Positions 9,832-19,653 of a stretch of 42,051 nt of DNA are shown one piece after another. This DNA is from Deltaproteobacteria bacterium (lineage in GTDB: Bacteria > Desulfobacterota > Desulfobulbia > Desulfobulbales > VMSU01). Both the position numbers and the translations under genes were made by a program. The notes below the pieces were generated by a model, which did not search any database, was not told the origin of the DNA, and saw only the letters and a program-made list of their open reading frames with translations. The DNA lies in assembly GCA_013151175.1 (NCBI GenBank), contig JAADIV010000132.1, positions 1-42,051 of the forward strand. Direction: 5' to 3'. Within the stretch, counting starts at the first letter, position 1, and each line of letters begins with the position of its first letter.

Positions 9832-10471
9832 TTAAGACGCTTGGGCCAGATCCAACATATTCCGATGAATCTGTTTTACCCCGTCCGCATCTAGCCCGGC
9901 CCCCATGGCCACCTTATCGGCCATCTCGGCGGTGAGAAAATCATCGGGGCCGTGAGCATCTGAATTAACAACCAGGCGGGCACCGGTTTGGGCGGCAATT
10001 TTTGCTACATACCCGTTGGTAAGGGAATGCCCCTTGCGGCCTGAGAGTTCCAGATAGATTCCTTTGGCCGCCGCTGCAGCCGCCTCAGTTTCCGTAATAA
10101 ATCCGGGATGAGCCAGAATATCAACGCCTGCCTCAATAGCGGCAATATTGGTACCCGGCGCCACCGGCTCCACAATGGTCTCGCCATGCACAACCACCAA
10201 CTGGGCGCCAAGTTCTCTGGCCTTTATGGTCAATCTATTTATTAACCCCGGCGGCACATGAGTCAATTCTATACCTGGAATAAGGTGGGTGCGGGAGTAT
10301 TTATTCAAATCATGGGCGGCCTTAACCAGGCGCGGGATAATGAAGTCAATATTCGAAGAATCGGCATGATCGGTTATGGCCACGGCCTGATAGCCCAGAA
10401 CTTCTACCCGGCGCAAATGCTCCGCCCAGTTCGCCATCACTGAAAAAGGTGTGTGAATGTAAATCAATCAT
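9832..10471 (-). pseudogene. PHP-domain (histidinol-phosphatase-like) phosphoesterase, frameshifted after codon 15
   Basis: ATG at 10471 overlaps the miaB TGA (ATGA) and reads MIDLHSHTFFSDGEL. The rest (AEHLRR..ITDH..ELTHV..VHGET..LAHPG..SDAH) is in another frame, with the shift at about 10426. Could be a sequencing or assembly indel. Confidence 0.75.
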
Positions 10472-11799
10472 CTTAATATTCCTCTTAAAGAATGTTGGCA
10501 GGCTTCAATAACCTTAACGTCAATAATTTGGCCGGCCTGCAAAGACTTGGCACCGGTAAAATTGACGATATGGTTTGAGGCGGTGCGGCCGAACCATTGA
10601 TCTGGCCGCGATTTGTTCCGCCCCTCCACCATAACCTCGTAATTTTTGCCGGTATATTCCTGATTTCTTGCCATAACTATTTGCCCGATCCTTTTTTGCA
10701 AACGGGCTAGCCGCTCGCCCTTGACTTCCTCTGATAATTTACCGGTAAAGGCCGTGGATCTAGCCTGAGGCCGGTCTGAATATTTGAAGGAATAGGCGCC
10801 GTGATAGCGAACATTGGCAACCAAATTCATGGTGGCCTGGAAATCATCTTCGCTTTCACCGGGGAAACCAACAATGATATCGGTGGTGATGGCAATATCC
10901 GGGCGGGCAGCCCGCAGCCTCCGCACCAGATCCAGATAGGTTTCAATGCTGTATTTGCGGTTCATCCTTTTAAGGATACTATTGGCTCCTGACTGCACCG
11001 GCAAATGAAAATGCGGGCAAAGTATATCCAGGTCGGCAAAACATTGAATTAACTCGTCATTTAGATCTCTGGGGTTCGAGGTGGTGAAGCGCAGACGCTT
11101 GAGTCCCTCCACTTCCGCCGCTGCCCGTAGTAATTCGGCAAAACCGGTTTGCCCGCTTTTCAGGTCACGGCCATAGGAATTGACATTCTGGCCCAACAGG
11201 GTGATTTCCCTGACGCCGTGCGCTGCCAGATGCCGAACCTCGGCAATGATATCCTTAAATTTGCGGCTGATCTCCCGCCCTCTGGTAAACGGCACAACGC
11301 AATAGGTACAAAAATTATTGCAGCCCTGCATTATGGTCACGAAACGCTTATGAACTGAGCCTTTATCCACCTCGGGCAGATAAGGGGGAATTTCAAAGGC
11401 CGCCGATTGTTCCACCGCCGCGATTCTCTTGTGATTGTGGATAATTTCGCCGAGCAGAGCGGGCAGGTTGTAGAGATTCTGAGTACCCATTACCAGATCG
11501 ACATAGGGCAGACGTGAGAGTATCTTCTTGCCTTCCTGTTGAGCGACACAGCCAACGATACCGATCACCATATGGGGCTTATCTTTCTTGATTATCTTCA
11601 GGCAGCCCAATAAACTCATGGCCTTCTGCTCCGCTTTTTCCCTGATGCTGCAGGTGTTAACCAGAACTATATCGGCATCATTTACGTTCAGGACCGGCCG
11701 GTAAGAGCCGGTGAGGAGCTGCGCCATGATTTCAGAATCATGGTCATTCATCTGACAGCCAAAGGTCTCTATAAAAAAAGTACGGCGTTCATTTGCCAT
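10468..11799 (-). CDS. miaB: tRNA-i6A37 methylthiotransferase
   Basis: TFGCQMNxHDS, NTCSIREKAE, GCVAQ, radical SAM CNNFCTYC, C-terminal TRAM domain; start re-called at MANERR (11799) behind AAGGA. Confidence 0.95.
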   Translation of the reverse strand: MANERRTFFIETFGCQMNDHDSEIMAQLLTGSYRPVLNVNDADIVLVNTCSIREKAEQKAMSLLGCLKIIKKDKPHMVIGIVGCVAQQEGKKILSRLPYVDLVMGTQNLYNLPALLGEIIHNHKRIAAVEQSAAFEIPPYLPEVDKGSVHKRFVTIMQGCNNFCTYCVVPFTRGREISRKFKDIIAEVRHLAAHGVREITLLGQNVNSYGRDLKSGQTGFAELLRAAAEVEGLKRLRFTTSNPRDLNDELIQCFADLDILCPHFHLPVQSGANSILKRMNRKYSIETYLDLVRRLRAARPDIAITTDIIVGFPGESEDDFQATMNLVANVRYHGAYSFKYSDRPQARSTAFTGKLSEEVKGERLARLQKRIGQIVMARNQEYTGKNYEVMVEGRNKSRPDQWFGRTASNHIVNFTGAKSLQAGQIIDVKVIEACQHSLRGILR

Positions 11800-14011
11800 T
11801 TTTGGTTTCCTTGTTACTGGCATAGAGCTTACGCAATTCCCTCAGGTTATTTTCCACATCTTCCGGCAGATTCATGGCATATATTTTGGCGTATTCTGCC
11901 GCCAGGCGATGGCTGTTAAAGATGGGGCCGTTCAGGGCAATATTCATAATACATTTGTCGATCAATTCAGACCGGTTGGTCTCGTCATAATAGGCTCGCA
12001 GAATTTCAGGAAATAGCTTGTAGAATGAGGTGGAATCCTCCTTGTACAGAAGGGTTGAGACTTCCTCATTCAGGCAGGCGCTCGATACCTTGGTCTCGGC
12101 GCCAAATTTCCAACCGGTTCGGCCGTCATGGTATCCTTCAACCCACCAACCGTCCATGGTACTGATATTCGGCACCGCGTTCATGGCCGCTTTCATGCCG
12201 CTGGTGCCGCTAGCTTCCAGGGGCCTTTTGGGACTATTGAGCCAGGCATGAACCCCGGCCACCATCATCTTGGCGATGGCCATATCGTAACCGGGAATAA
12301 AGACCAGTTTTATCAGGCCGTCACTCTTTTCATATAATTCCCGTTGGGTAGAGATAAGCTGTTTTATAATATGTTTCCCTGGTTCATCGGCGGGGTGGGC
12401 CTTGCCGGCGAAGATAAAATTGACCGGCCAATGGTTTTCAACAACGATTTTTGTGAGTCTGTTAATATCAGCAAAGATCAGATTAGCGCGTTTATAGGTG
12501 GAAAACCGACGCGCAAAACCAATAGTAAATACCTCGGGGTCAAGTTTATGGCCTCTCTCGTCCAGATGAGATAAAAAATTTGGAGGGTCAATCCAGGTCG
12601 TCAACATCTGGTTACGATGTGCCACGAGCATTTTATTAATATAATCAATGAGAATGCGGGTATCTGTCAGCCAGGCTTGTTTGAGATAAGTTCTAAATTT
12701 GGCATTTTTAAACAGTTTTTCGGCGTTCGCCAGAAGGCCGGGTCTGGCACGCCAATCTTGTAATTCCGGGAAGCTGTCATACAACTCCGCCTTGGCGGGG
12801 CTGATCCAGGTCAAATGATGGACACCGTTGGTAACCGCCTGAATTTTTTTGGCGTATTGCGGAAATTGTTTCTGGGTAACCTGACGATGAATCCTGCTCA
12901 CCCCATTGGCCGACCGATTCACCCGCATCGCCAAAGCGGTAAAATTGAACAGGGATGGAGCCGTCTCGTCTTCTGCCAGTATATTGAGCATACGTTGGCA
13001 GAAGGGGTGGCCAATATCGGCAAAAAGATCCTTGCTGAAACGGTCATGCCCGGCAATGACCGGGGTGTGAATTGTATAGACCACACGTTTTGCCGCGTAT
13101 CTGGCGGCATCTTGTATCTGGCGGTCTGTTGATATCATGGGGTAATCATCGCCCAGTTTTTCTTTTAAACGCCTGGCGATGAGATGCAGAATTACCGTTA
13201 CCCCGTGCTGCTCGTTTAAGTGGATGGTATTTGAGGTTATACCAAGGGCATCCATCACCGGGATAACACCGGCTCCGAGGAGACGGCGCTGCACAATCTT
13301 GGCGCGTTCAGAGCGGCTTTCATATAGGTGTTCGGCAGATCGACGCACCCATTCAGGCGAGGCGGGAATGCTATAATCAAGGAGTATCTCCGGAACAAAA
13401 AAGTCCAGATCGGCGCTCACCTCCATCTTTAACCATAAATTTGCGTGAGCGCTGGTCATTTTGGCGCTGCGTTCATAGAAGGGGACTTCGATCTGCAGGG
13501 GTTCCGCCGGATTTTCGGGGTTTTTCAGGAGATACAGATACGGTGTTCTCTCCGGACTCCACTCTGTGTTATGGGCAATCTGGCCGGCCCTGGAATCAAC
13601 CAGTTGGGAAAAATAGCCCTTGCGGTAGAGCAGGGAGATGGCAATCGCCGGGATATGGCAATCCGCATAACTCTTAAGGGTGTCACCGGCCAAAACACCG
13701 AGACCGCCGCTGTAATTTGGTATCTTGGCCGGGCCATTGAGAATTTTATCCGAAAATCTTCTGATCCTGGTATCTTTATGGGCAAAGATATTGAGCTGTT
13801 TAAGTTTCTCTTTGATTGGATTATATACATCATTTTCAGCGCCTATCTCCATACTGATGTATGTCGTGGAATCACCGGCCGGGGCTGTAAGAGCCCCCCA
13901 GACTTTTGTCATGACTTCCTGGCTTACACCAAAGAATGTTCCCAATTTGTTGGTGGCAAGCATTCCTGATATAATTTTGTGGCTGTCTAATTCTGTCAGG
14001 TTATTTTGCAT
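11789..14011 (-). CDS. glgP: alpha-glucan (glycogen/maltodextrin) phosphorylase
   Basis: YISMEIG, YSGGLGVLAGD, HLNE, TIHTP..GHD, GFARRFSTYKR, FAGKAHP, EASGTSGMK with the PLP lysine. Confidence 0.9.
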   Translation of the reverse strand: MQNNLTELDSHKIISGMLATNKLGTFFGVSQEVMTKVWGALTAPAGDSTTYISMEIGAENDVYNPIKEKLKQLNIFAHKDTRIRRFSDKILNGPAKIPNYSGGLGVLAGDTLKSYADCHIPAIAISLLYRKGYFSQLVDSRAGQIAHNTEWSPERTPYLYLLKNPENPAEPLQIEVPFYERSAKMTSAHANLWLKMEVSADLDFFVPEILLDYSIPASPEWVRRSAEHLYESRSERAKIVQRRLLGAGVIPVMDALGITSNTIHLNEQHGVTVILHLIARRLKEKLGDDYPMISTDRQIQDAARYAAKRVVYTIHTPVIAGHDRFSKDLFADIGHPFCQRMLNILAEDETAPSLFNFTALAMRVNRSANGVSRIHRQVTQKQFPQYAKKIQAVTNGVHHLTWISPAKAELYDSFPELQDWRARPGLLANAEKLFKNAKFRTYLKQAWLTDTRILIDYINKMLVAHRNQMLTTWIDPPNFLSHLDERGHKLDPEVFTIGFARRFSTYKRANLIFADINRLTKIVVENHWPVNFIFAGKAHPADEPGKHIIKQLISTQRELYEKSDGLIKLVFIPGYDMAIAKMMVAGVHAWLNSPKRPLEASGTSGMKAAMNAVPNISTMDGWWVEGYHDGRTGWKFGAETKVSSACLNEEVSTLLYKEDSTSFYKLFPEILRAYYDETNRSELIDKCIMNIALNGPIFNSHRLAAEYAKIYAMNLPEDVENNLRELRKLYASNKETKNGK

Positions 14012-14153
14012 ATTTTCCTGCTGATAAAATATAATATATTTGTTGGCTGTACCTTGACTCTTTGTACCTTATTTTAAGAGGTTCGTAAATTGCTAAGTGT
14101 CTTTAGGTGAGGTCGAAAGGCAGAGGCCAATGGCTGTGAAAATTTAACTTAAT

Positions 14154-16004
14154 GTGATTATGATTACTGATCTGGCCCAGCATTACTTTGACTTTCTCCG
14201 CCGTCTTGCTCCAAAGGCCGGCGCCCCCGTCTGGCTAGCCGGCGCCCTGGCAGTACAGGCATCTATGGAAGGCAATACCTGTCTCGATCTACGGGAGATA
14301 GGCGGTCAGAATATCCAGGATATCACTCCAAATACCGGGGATGGCGCTGCGGGTATCTTTGCCGGCAGGATAAGGCTGCCGGCGGCCGAGACTCTTAAAG
14401 ATGAACTTTTACGGAGTGGAACGGCGGGAAAGCCTGGCAGCATGAGGCCATTTATTCTGGATGATTTTTCCCTGTATTTACGGCGTTATTGGCAATATGA
14501 GAAGTCATTGGCCCTTGAACTGCAAAGGCGCTGCTTTACCTGGCCAAAACCGGATTTTAAGCAAATATCAGCATATCTGGATCGACTTTTTTCACCACCC
14601 GAAAACGGTGAGCCTGACTGGCAGCGTGTCGCGGCGGCAGTTTGTGCCCTGAAAGGTCTTTGCGTCATCTCCGGTGGGCCGGGTACCGGCAAAACCTTTA
14701 CCGTGGCCCGAATTATAGCCCTCCTGCAGATGATCTCAGCTCCGGCCTCTTTGCGAATCGCCCTAACCGCGCCCACCGGCAAGGCGGCAGAACGTCTGGC
14801 TGAAGCAATTGGCGAGGCGGTACATGTTCTTGAGCTGCCGGCAGATATCATTGCCGTAATGCCCAGAGAGGCAGCGACCATTCATCGTCTTCTGGGAACG
14901 CGGGGGAATTCGCCTTATTTTCGGCATAACCGGGATAATAAATTAGCTGTTGATGTCCTGATAGTTGACGAAGTCTCCATGGTTGATCTGGCCCTGATGG
15001 CAAAACTGATGGCGGCTGTCCCGATAGACGCCAGAGTAATTTTACTTGGCGACAGGGAACAATTGGCCTCGGTAGAGTCCGGCCGGGTCATGGCCGATAT
15101 CTGTGGCGATACGGGTGGTAATTGTTTCAGCAGTGATTTTGCGGCAAAATTGAGACAAGCAGGATGCGGTTCTCCGGGGCTAACAGCGGCAGCTAGAGCG
15201 GGGAAGGGCGGCACCATTGACGACTCGGTGGTGCTGCTTGCCAGAAATTATCGATTTGGCGAAGCAAGTGGTATTGCCGCATTGGCGGCCGCTATTATCG
15301 CCGGAGAGACAGAACGAGCTATTGACTGCTTCAACAAATATCAGGAGTTGGGGAAAATTGCCAATGGCCGAATCGACCGGCAACAGGGCAGGGCAGCGGC
15401 ACAGCTGCAACACCGAATTATTCAGGAGTATGGGCCATTATTCTCTTGCCGGGAGCCGGTTGCGGCCTTTGAAGTCTTCAGCCAATTCCAGATTTTATGT
15501 GTTCTGCGGCGGGATGAAATGGGCGTCAGGCAGATCAATCAATGGGTTACGGCTATTATGCGCCAGGAGGGCCTGATTCACGGCACAGACAAATGGTATC
15601 AGGGCCGCCCGATAATGATTACCAACAATAATTACGGTCTGGGGCTTTTTAATGGTGATATAGGGATCACCATGACCAATACTTCTGGCCGTTTGCAGGT
15701 TTTCTTTCAGCAGGACAATAAATTCCGCCCCATTGCCTGTGCCAGGATTCCGGCTCATGAAACTGCCTTTGCCTCCACCGTTCACAAGAGTCAGGGCTCG
15801 GAGTTTAAGCGAGTGCTGTTAATGCTGCCGGTCAGACAATCCCCAATCCTAAGCCGTGAATTACTCTATACCGCCGTAACCAGGGCCAGGGAGCACTTTG
15901 AGTTATGGGGAGATAAAGAGATATTTAAACAGGGGATAGACAACAGGGTAGGGCGCAGCACCGGCCTGGACACGCGGCTGCGGCCTAAATCGTCGCCGCT
16001 CTGA
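14154..16004 (+). CDS. recD: exodeoxyribonuclease V alpha subunit (RecD helicase); start may be 14160
   Basis: DWQRVA, GGPGTGKT, APTGKAA.RL, TIHRLLG, DEVSMVD, LGD.EQL.SVE.G, TVHKSQGSEF, LYTAVTRA. Confidence 0.92.
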   Translation: MIMITDLAQHYFDFLRRLAPKAGAPVWLAGALAVQASMEGNTCLDLREIGGQNIQDITPNTGDGAAGIFAGRIRLPAAETLKDELLRSGTAGKPGSMRPFILDDFSLYLRRYWQYEKSLALELQRRCFTWPKPDFKQISAYLDRLFSPPENGEPDWQRVAAAVCALKGLCVISGGPGTGKTFTVARIIALLQMISAPASLRIALTAPTGKAAERLAEAIGEAVHVLELPADIIAVMPREAATIHRLLGTRGNSPYFRHNRDNKLAVDVLIVDEVSMVDLALMAKLMAAVPIDARVILLGDREQLASVESGRVMADICGDTGGNCFSSDFAAKLRQAGCGSPGLTAAARAGKGGTIDDSVVLLARNYRFGEASGIAALAAAIIAGETERAIDCFNKYQELGKIANGRIDRQQGRAAAQLQHRIIQEYGPLFSCREPVAAFEVFSQFQILCVLRRDEMGVRQINQWVTAIMRQEGLIHGTDKWYQGRPIMITNNNYGLGLFNGDIGITMTNTSGRLQVFFQQDNKFRPIACARIPAHETAFASTVHKSQGSEFKRVLLMLPVRQSPILSRELLYTAVTRAREHFELWGDKEIFKQGIDNRVGRSTGLDTRLRPKSSPL

Positions 16005-16224
16005 TCTCCCACCCCTCCAGGTTATTCAGTAAATCCATAACCTCATGGCGACGGCATTCCGGAAAACGCAACAGGATGCGGCCGTCTTTGCCACTGAGGG
16101 TAGAAAGGACAGCCAGACCATCATAGCCCTCCAGAATGAATTTCCAGAAGGCAATGCGGCGGGGAGCTATAGATAACTCCAGCCGCGCGCAGTTTTGCCC
16201 GGCAGTTGGCTCATAAATCCGCAT
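15985..16224 (-). CDS. small conserved protein, DUF4911-like
   Basis: IAFWKFILEGYDGLAVLST motif; directly downstream of purB on the same strand. Confidence 0.7.
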   Translation of the reverse strand: MRIYEPTAGQNCARLELSIAPRRIAFWKFILEGYDGLAVLSTLSGKDGRILLRFPECRRHEVMDLLNNLEGWEIRAATI

Positions 16225-16232
16225 AATTTAGC

Positions 16233-17678
16233 TCACACCGCTATATCTTCATGGCTATCATCAAGCAGATGCCGGTATTTCTCCAGAACAGGTTCAACCG
16301 TTTCGGCAATAAATTCCTCGGTCTGCTCCATTGCCCGCCCGGTAAACTGGCCAGTCTCAGCAACCATGTCCAGCAATTCGGCCTGACTGAAGGGGATAGC
16401 CGGATCATTGCCAAGCCGGGTTAAGAGATCATTGTCTCTACCTTCTTCCTTGACTACACGGCCTGCGGCCAGAGAATGAATCTTGATAATTTCATGAATG
16501 GCCTGCCGGCTTTTGCCACTTTCAACACACATCATTAGTATTTTTTCGGTGGCCATAAAGGGCAGCTCCTGCAGGAGATGACGTTCAATTTGTTTCGGAA
16601 AAACAACCATTCCGTCAGTTATATTAAGAAATAATTTTAAGACTGCATCGGTGAGTAAAAAGGCCTGGGGGATATCCATGCGGCGAATGGCAGAGTCGTC
16701 AAGGGTGCGTTCAAACCACTGATTGACGTAGGTGCTGCCGAAATCAGCGGTAAGTCCCATGAGTTTGCGGGAGAGTCCGGTCATCCTCTCTGCTCGCATA
16801 GGATTTCTTTTATAGGCCATGGCGGAGCTGCCTACCTGATTTTTGGCAAATGGCTCCTCCTGAACCTTTAAATTCGACAAGAGCCTTAAATCCACCGCGA
16901 ATTTATGGGCGGAGGCGCCAATCCCGGCCAGAGTCTCAGCCGTTTTCATATCAAGCTTACGCGTATACGTCTGGCCTGTAACAGCAAAAACATCGCTAAA
17001 ACCAAGCTTTAAAGCAACAAGTTTATCCAGTTTCCTAACTTTTTCATGGTCACCCTTAAACAACTCTATAAAGGTTGCCTGCGTACCAACCGTACCCTTG
17101 GCGCCACGGGCCTTAACCTGGCGTTCAAGATGCTCGATGTAATCAAGATCCATAAGTAAATCCTGTAGATACAAGGTATTACGTTTGCCAACCGTAGTAG
17201 GCTGAGCCGGCTGATAATGGGTATAGCCCAGGGTGGCCAGAGATTTATACTTGGAGCAGAAATCCCGCAAATTCCTGATTAGATTTACAAGAGCCTTTTT
17301 TATTAGGGCCAAGGCCTTTTTTTGAGTTAGCAGGTCGGCATTACAACCGACAAATTGGGAGGTAGCGCCAAGATGAATGATAGGTTCTGCTGTGGGGCAT
17401 TGCCTGCCAAAGGCATAGACATGGGCCATGACATCGTGACGGATCTCTTTTTCTCTTTGTTCCGCTACCTCAAAATTAATATCGTTAGCCACAGCCCTCA
17501 TTTCATCAAGCATATCAGCGCTGATAATTTCAGTGAGACCCAGTTCAAATTGAGCCTCAGCCAAAGCAATCCAACATTGCCGCCAGGTAGAAAATTTATT
17601 TTGTTCAGAAAAGAGATATTGCATATCTTTGCTGGTATAGCGGCTGACCAATGGTTCCTGATAGATATTACGATTCAT
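16233..17678 (-). CDS. purB: adenylosuccinate lyase
   Basis: YQEPLVSRY, RHDVMAH, IHLGATS, GYTHYQPAQ, SSAMAYKRNP; ATG 17678 follows AAGGAG. Confidence 0.95.
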   Translation of the reverse strand: MNRNIYQEPLVSRYTSKDMQYLFSEQNKFSTWRQCWIALAEAQFELGLTEIISADMLDEMRAVANDINFEVAEQREKEIRHDVMAHVYAFGRQCPTAEPIIHLGATSQFVGCNADLLTQKKALALIKKALVNLIRNLRDFCSKYKSLATLGYTHYQPAQPTTVGKRNTLYLQDLLMDLDYIEHLERQVKARGAKGTVGTQATFIELFKGDHEKVRKLDKLVALKLGFSDVFAVTGQTYTRKLDMKTAETLAGIGASAHKFAVDLRLLSNLKVQEEPFAKNQVGSSAMAYKRNPMRAERMTGLSRKLMGLTADFGSTYVNQWFERTLDDSAIRRMDIPQAFLLTDAVLKLFLNITDGMVVFPKQIERHLLQELPFMATEKILMMCVESGKSRQAIHEIIKIHSLAAGRVVKEEGRDNDLLTRLGNDPAIPFSQAELLDMVAETGQFTGRAMEQTEEFIAETVEPVLEKYRHLLDDSHEDIAV

Positions 17679-17821
17679 AATCACTCCTTATTTATTTAAA
17701 AAGTATCACTATAACAGTGCTATAAGTAAAATAGTTAATGGTAGAAATTAACAAATTCCGGTTTTTGCGGTACGACAATGATTGTATACGTCTGGTTATA
17801 GTAAATATGCCGTAATTCACA

Positions 17822-17849
17822 ATGTCGCATAATGTATATTATGTTTAGT
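17822..17849 (+). other. dif: dif chromosome-dimer resolution site (XerC/XerD)
   Basis: ATGTCGCATAA-TGTATA-TTATGTTTAGT versus E. coli GGTGCGCATAA-TGTATA-TTATGTTAAAT: same 11-6-11 layout, central 20 nt identical, intergenic AT-rich setting. Confidence 0.88.
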
Positions 17850-17910
17850 TTTATATAAATCAATAAAATAAGTGAGTTATCTCCCCCCTAAATTCCCCGC
17901 TCCTGAATTC

Positions 17911-19653
17911 CTACAGAATAAAATCGAGCAATTGCAGTTGCAGCTTCCGTTGTCCTCTAAAAGTATTGTATTGCAAATGAAAAGCTATACGGCAGCCAAC
18001 CCGGCGCTCTGTGAGGCCCTTAAGTGCGCCTTTACCAAAGCCAAAACCAATTACATTCAGCCATTCACCATTTATCAAGGCGTCAAAGCGAACATGGCTT
18101 CTCTCTTTACCAATAAGTCTGATATTTCTCAAGCGGCACGGGTCTTCCGGGCAATAGACAGGTTCAGGGTTTCCTTGTCCAAATGGCTGTAATAACTGGT
18201 TGAATTCAATTAATTCATGGATTTTTATATTCCCTTTTATGGCCATATCTATAATCTGCGCGGCGGTGCTGTCTATACCGGGCCAAATCTCATCAAGATA
18301 ATCTTCCAGGCGCTGATTGAATTGGGCCAGTTGGTCAATATTAATTGATAATCCCGCCGCGGCGCTGTGGCCTCCATAAGCTATTAATAAATCGTCACAT
18401 CTCTTTAATAATACGTGTATATCTACACCTGGTATTGATCGCGCTGAGCCTCTTAATATCTCTCTGCCGGTCAAAATTATGGTGGGTCTGTAGAACTGGT
18501 TTACCAGTTTGGAGGCGGCAATGCCAATCAGCCCTTCATGCCATGCCTGGCCGTGCAGGACAAGGCAGTGCTTATTGGCACTCATCAACCTCTGGGCCAT
18601 TGACATTGCCTCACTGACTATATCGCCGGTTATCTCCTTACGGCGTGTATTCTCTTGGTCAAGTACAGCGGCAAGCTTCCCAGCCTGCAACCTGTTATTG
18701 CTAGTCAAAAGTTCTGAGGCCCGGCCAGCCTCACCCAGCCGCCCTGCCGCGTTTAAACGAGGGGCAATTTGAAATGATATATCCCCGGCGTTGACCGGCC
18801 TGTCCACCCCCGCCAGGCCAATAAGCTGCCGCAAGCCCTCATTTGTCTGCCGGTCAATTACATCTAATCCGGCCTTGGCCAAGGTTCGATTGACCCCATG
18901 CAGTTTCACCATATCAGCAATAGTGCCAACGGCCACCAGATCCAATATTTTCTTCAGGTTTGGCGCCCTGCCCGGCAGCCAGAATTTTTTTTGCACCAGA
19001 TAATTTCTAATACCCATGACCAAGTAAAATGCCACTCCAACCCCGGCCAGATCATTGAAGGGAAAACCGCATCCCTTGAGCCAGGGATTTAAAATGGCAT
19101 CAGCCGGCGGCAGGTGATCCGGCGGCTGATGATGATCGGTAATAATAATCCGCCACCCGGCGTCCTTCAGTGTTTCGACCTCCGCCGCGTCAGAGATCCC
19201 GCAGTCAGCGGTAATAACCAGACCTGGTTCATTGACAACCCGGCGGACAAGCTCGGCCTTCAGGCCATAGCCGTCTTTAAACCTGTTGGGGTGTAGGCAG
19301 CTAAACTTAAGCCCCAGGGTGGTAAAAAATCTTGCCAATACAGCCGCGGCCGTAACTCCGTCAACATCATAATCCGCCACAATTACCAGGGACGACCTTG
19401 AGCTCATCGTCTCTGCAAAAATTCTTACCGCCCTGTTCATCTCCTTAAAGAGAAATGGTGAAGGCAGGCTTTCCAGGGTTGGCTGCATAAAGGCCCTGAT
19501 TTTATCGGCAGTCAAGAGTTGCCGTTGTCCCAATAATTTAACCTGCCACTGCGGTATATTCAGGTCTTGTGCCAGTGCCGGTATTTCAGCGCCATCCTGA
19601 CCAAGGGAGCTGAAGCGCCACTTCTGCCGCTTATAACTAGGCTCATACTTCAA
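17911..19653 (-). CDS. recJ: single-stranded-DNA exonuclease RecJ
   Basis: DYDVDG, P.RFKDGYGL, ITADCG, ITDHH, LAGVGVAF, GTIADMV, PRLNAAGRL, GSARS, GGH; TTG start uncertain. Confidence 0.94.
   Translation of the reverse strand: MKYEPSYKRQKWRFSSLGQDGAEIPALAQDLNIPQWQVKLLGQRQLLTADKIRAFMQPTLESLPSPFLFKEMNRAVRIFAETMSSRSSLVIVADYDVDGVTAAAVLARFFTTLGLKFSCLHPNRFKDGYGLKAELVRRVVNEPGLVITADCGISDAAEVETLKDAGWRIIITDHHQPPDHLPPADAILNPWLKGCGFPFNDLAGVGVAFYLVMGIRNYLVQKKFWLPGRAPNLKKILDLVAVGTIADMVKLHGVNRTLAKAGLDVIDRQTNEGLRQLIGLAGVDRPVNAGDISFQIAPRLNAAGRLGEAGRASELLTSNNRLQAGKLAAVLDQENTRRKEITGDIVSEAMSMAQRLMSANKHCLVLHGQAWHEGLIGIAASKLVNQFYRPTIILTGREILRGSARSIPGVDIHVLLKRCDDLLIAYGGHSAAAGLSINIDQLAQFNQRLEDYLDEIWPGIDSTAAQIIDMAIKGNIKIHELIEFNQLLQPFGQGNPEPVYCPEDPCRLRNIRLIGKERSHVRFDALINGEWLNVIGFGFGKGALKGLTERRVGCRIAFHLQYNTFRGQRKLQLQLLDFIL

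Noticed and set aside
9832-10467. ORF-track PHP protein starting MIYIHTPF
   Set aside because: The family N-terminus MIDLHSH..SDGEL is in another frame from ATG 10471, so the first residues of this ORF are off-frame.
17872-18192. 106-aa + strand ORF next to dif
   Set aside because: Almost entirely antisense to recJ, with no RBS or recognisable motif.
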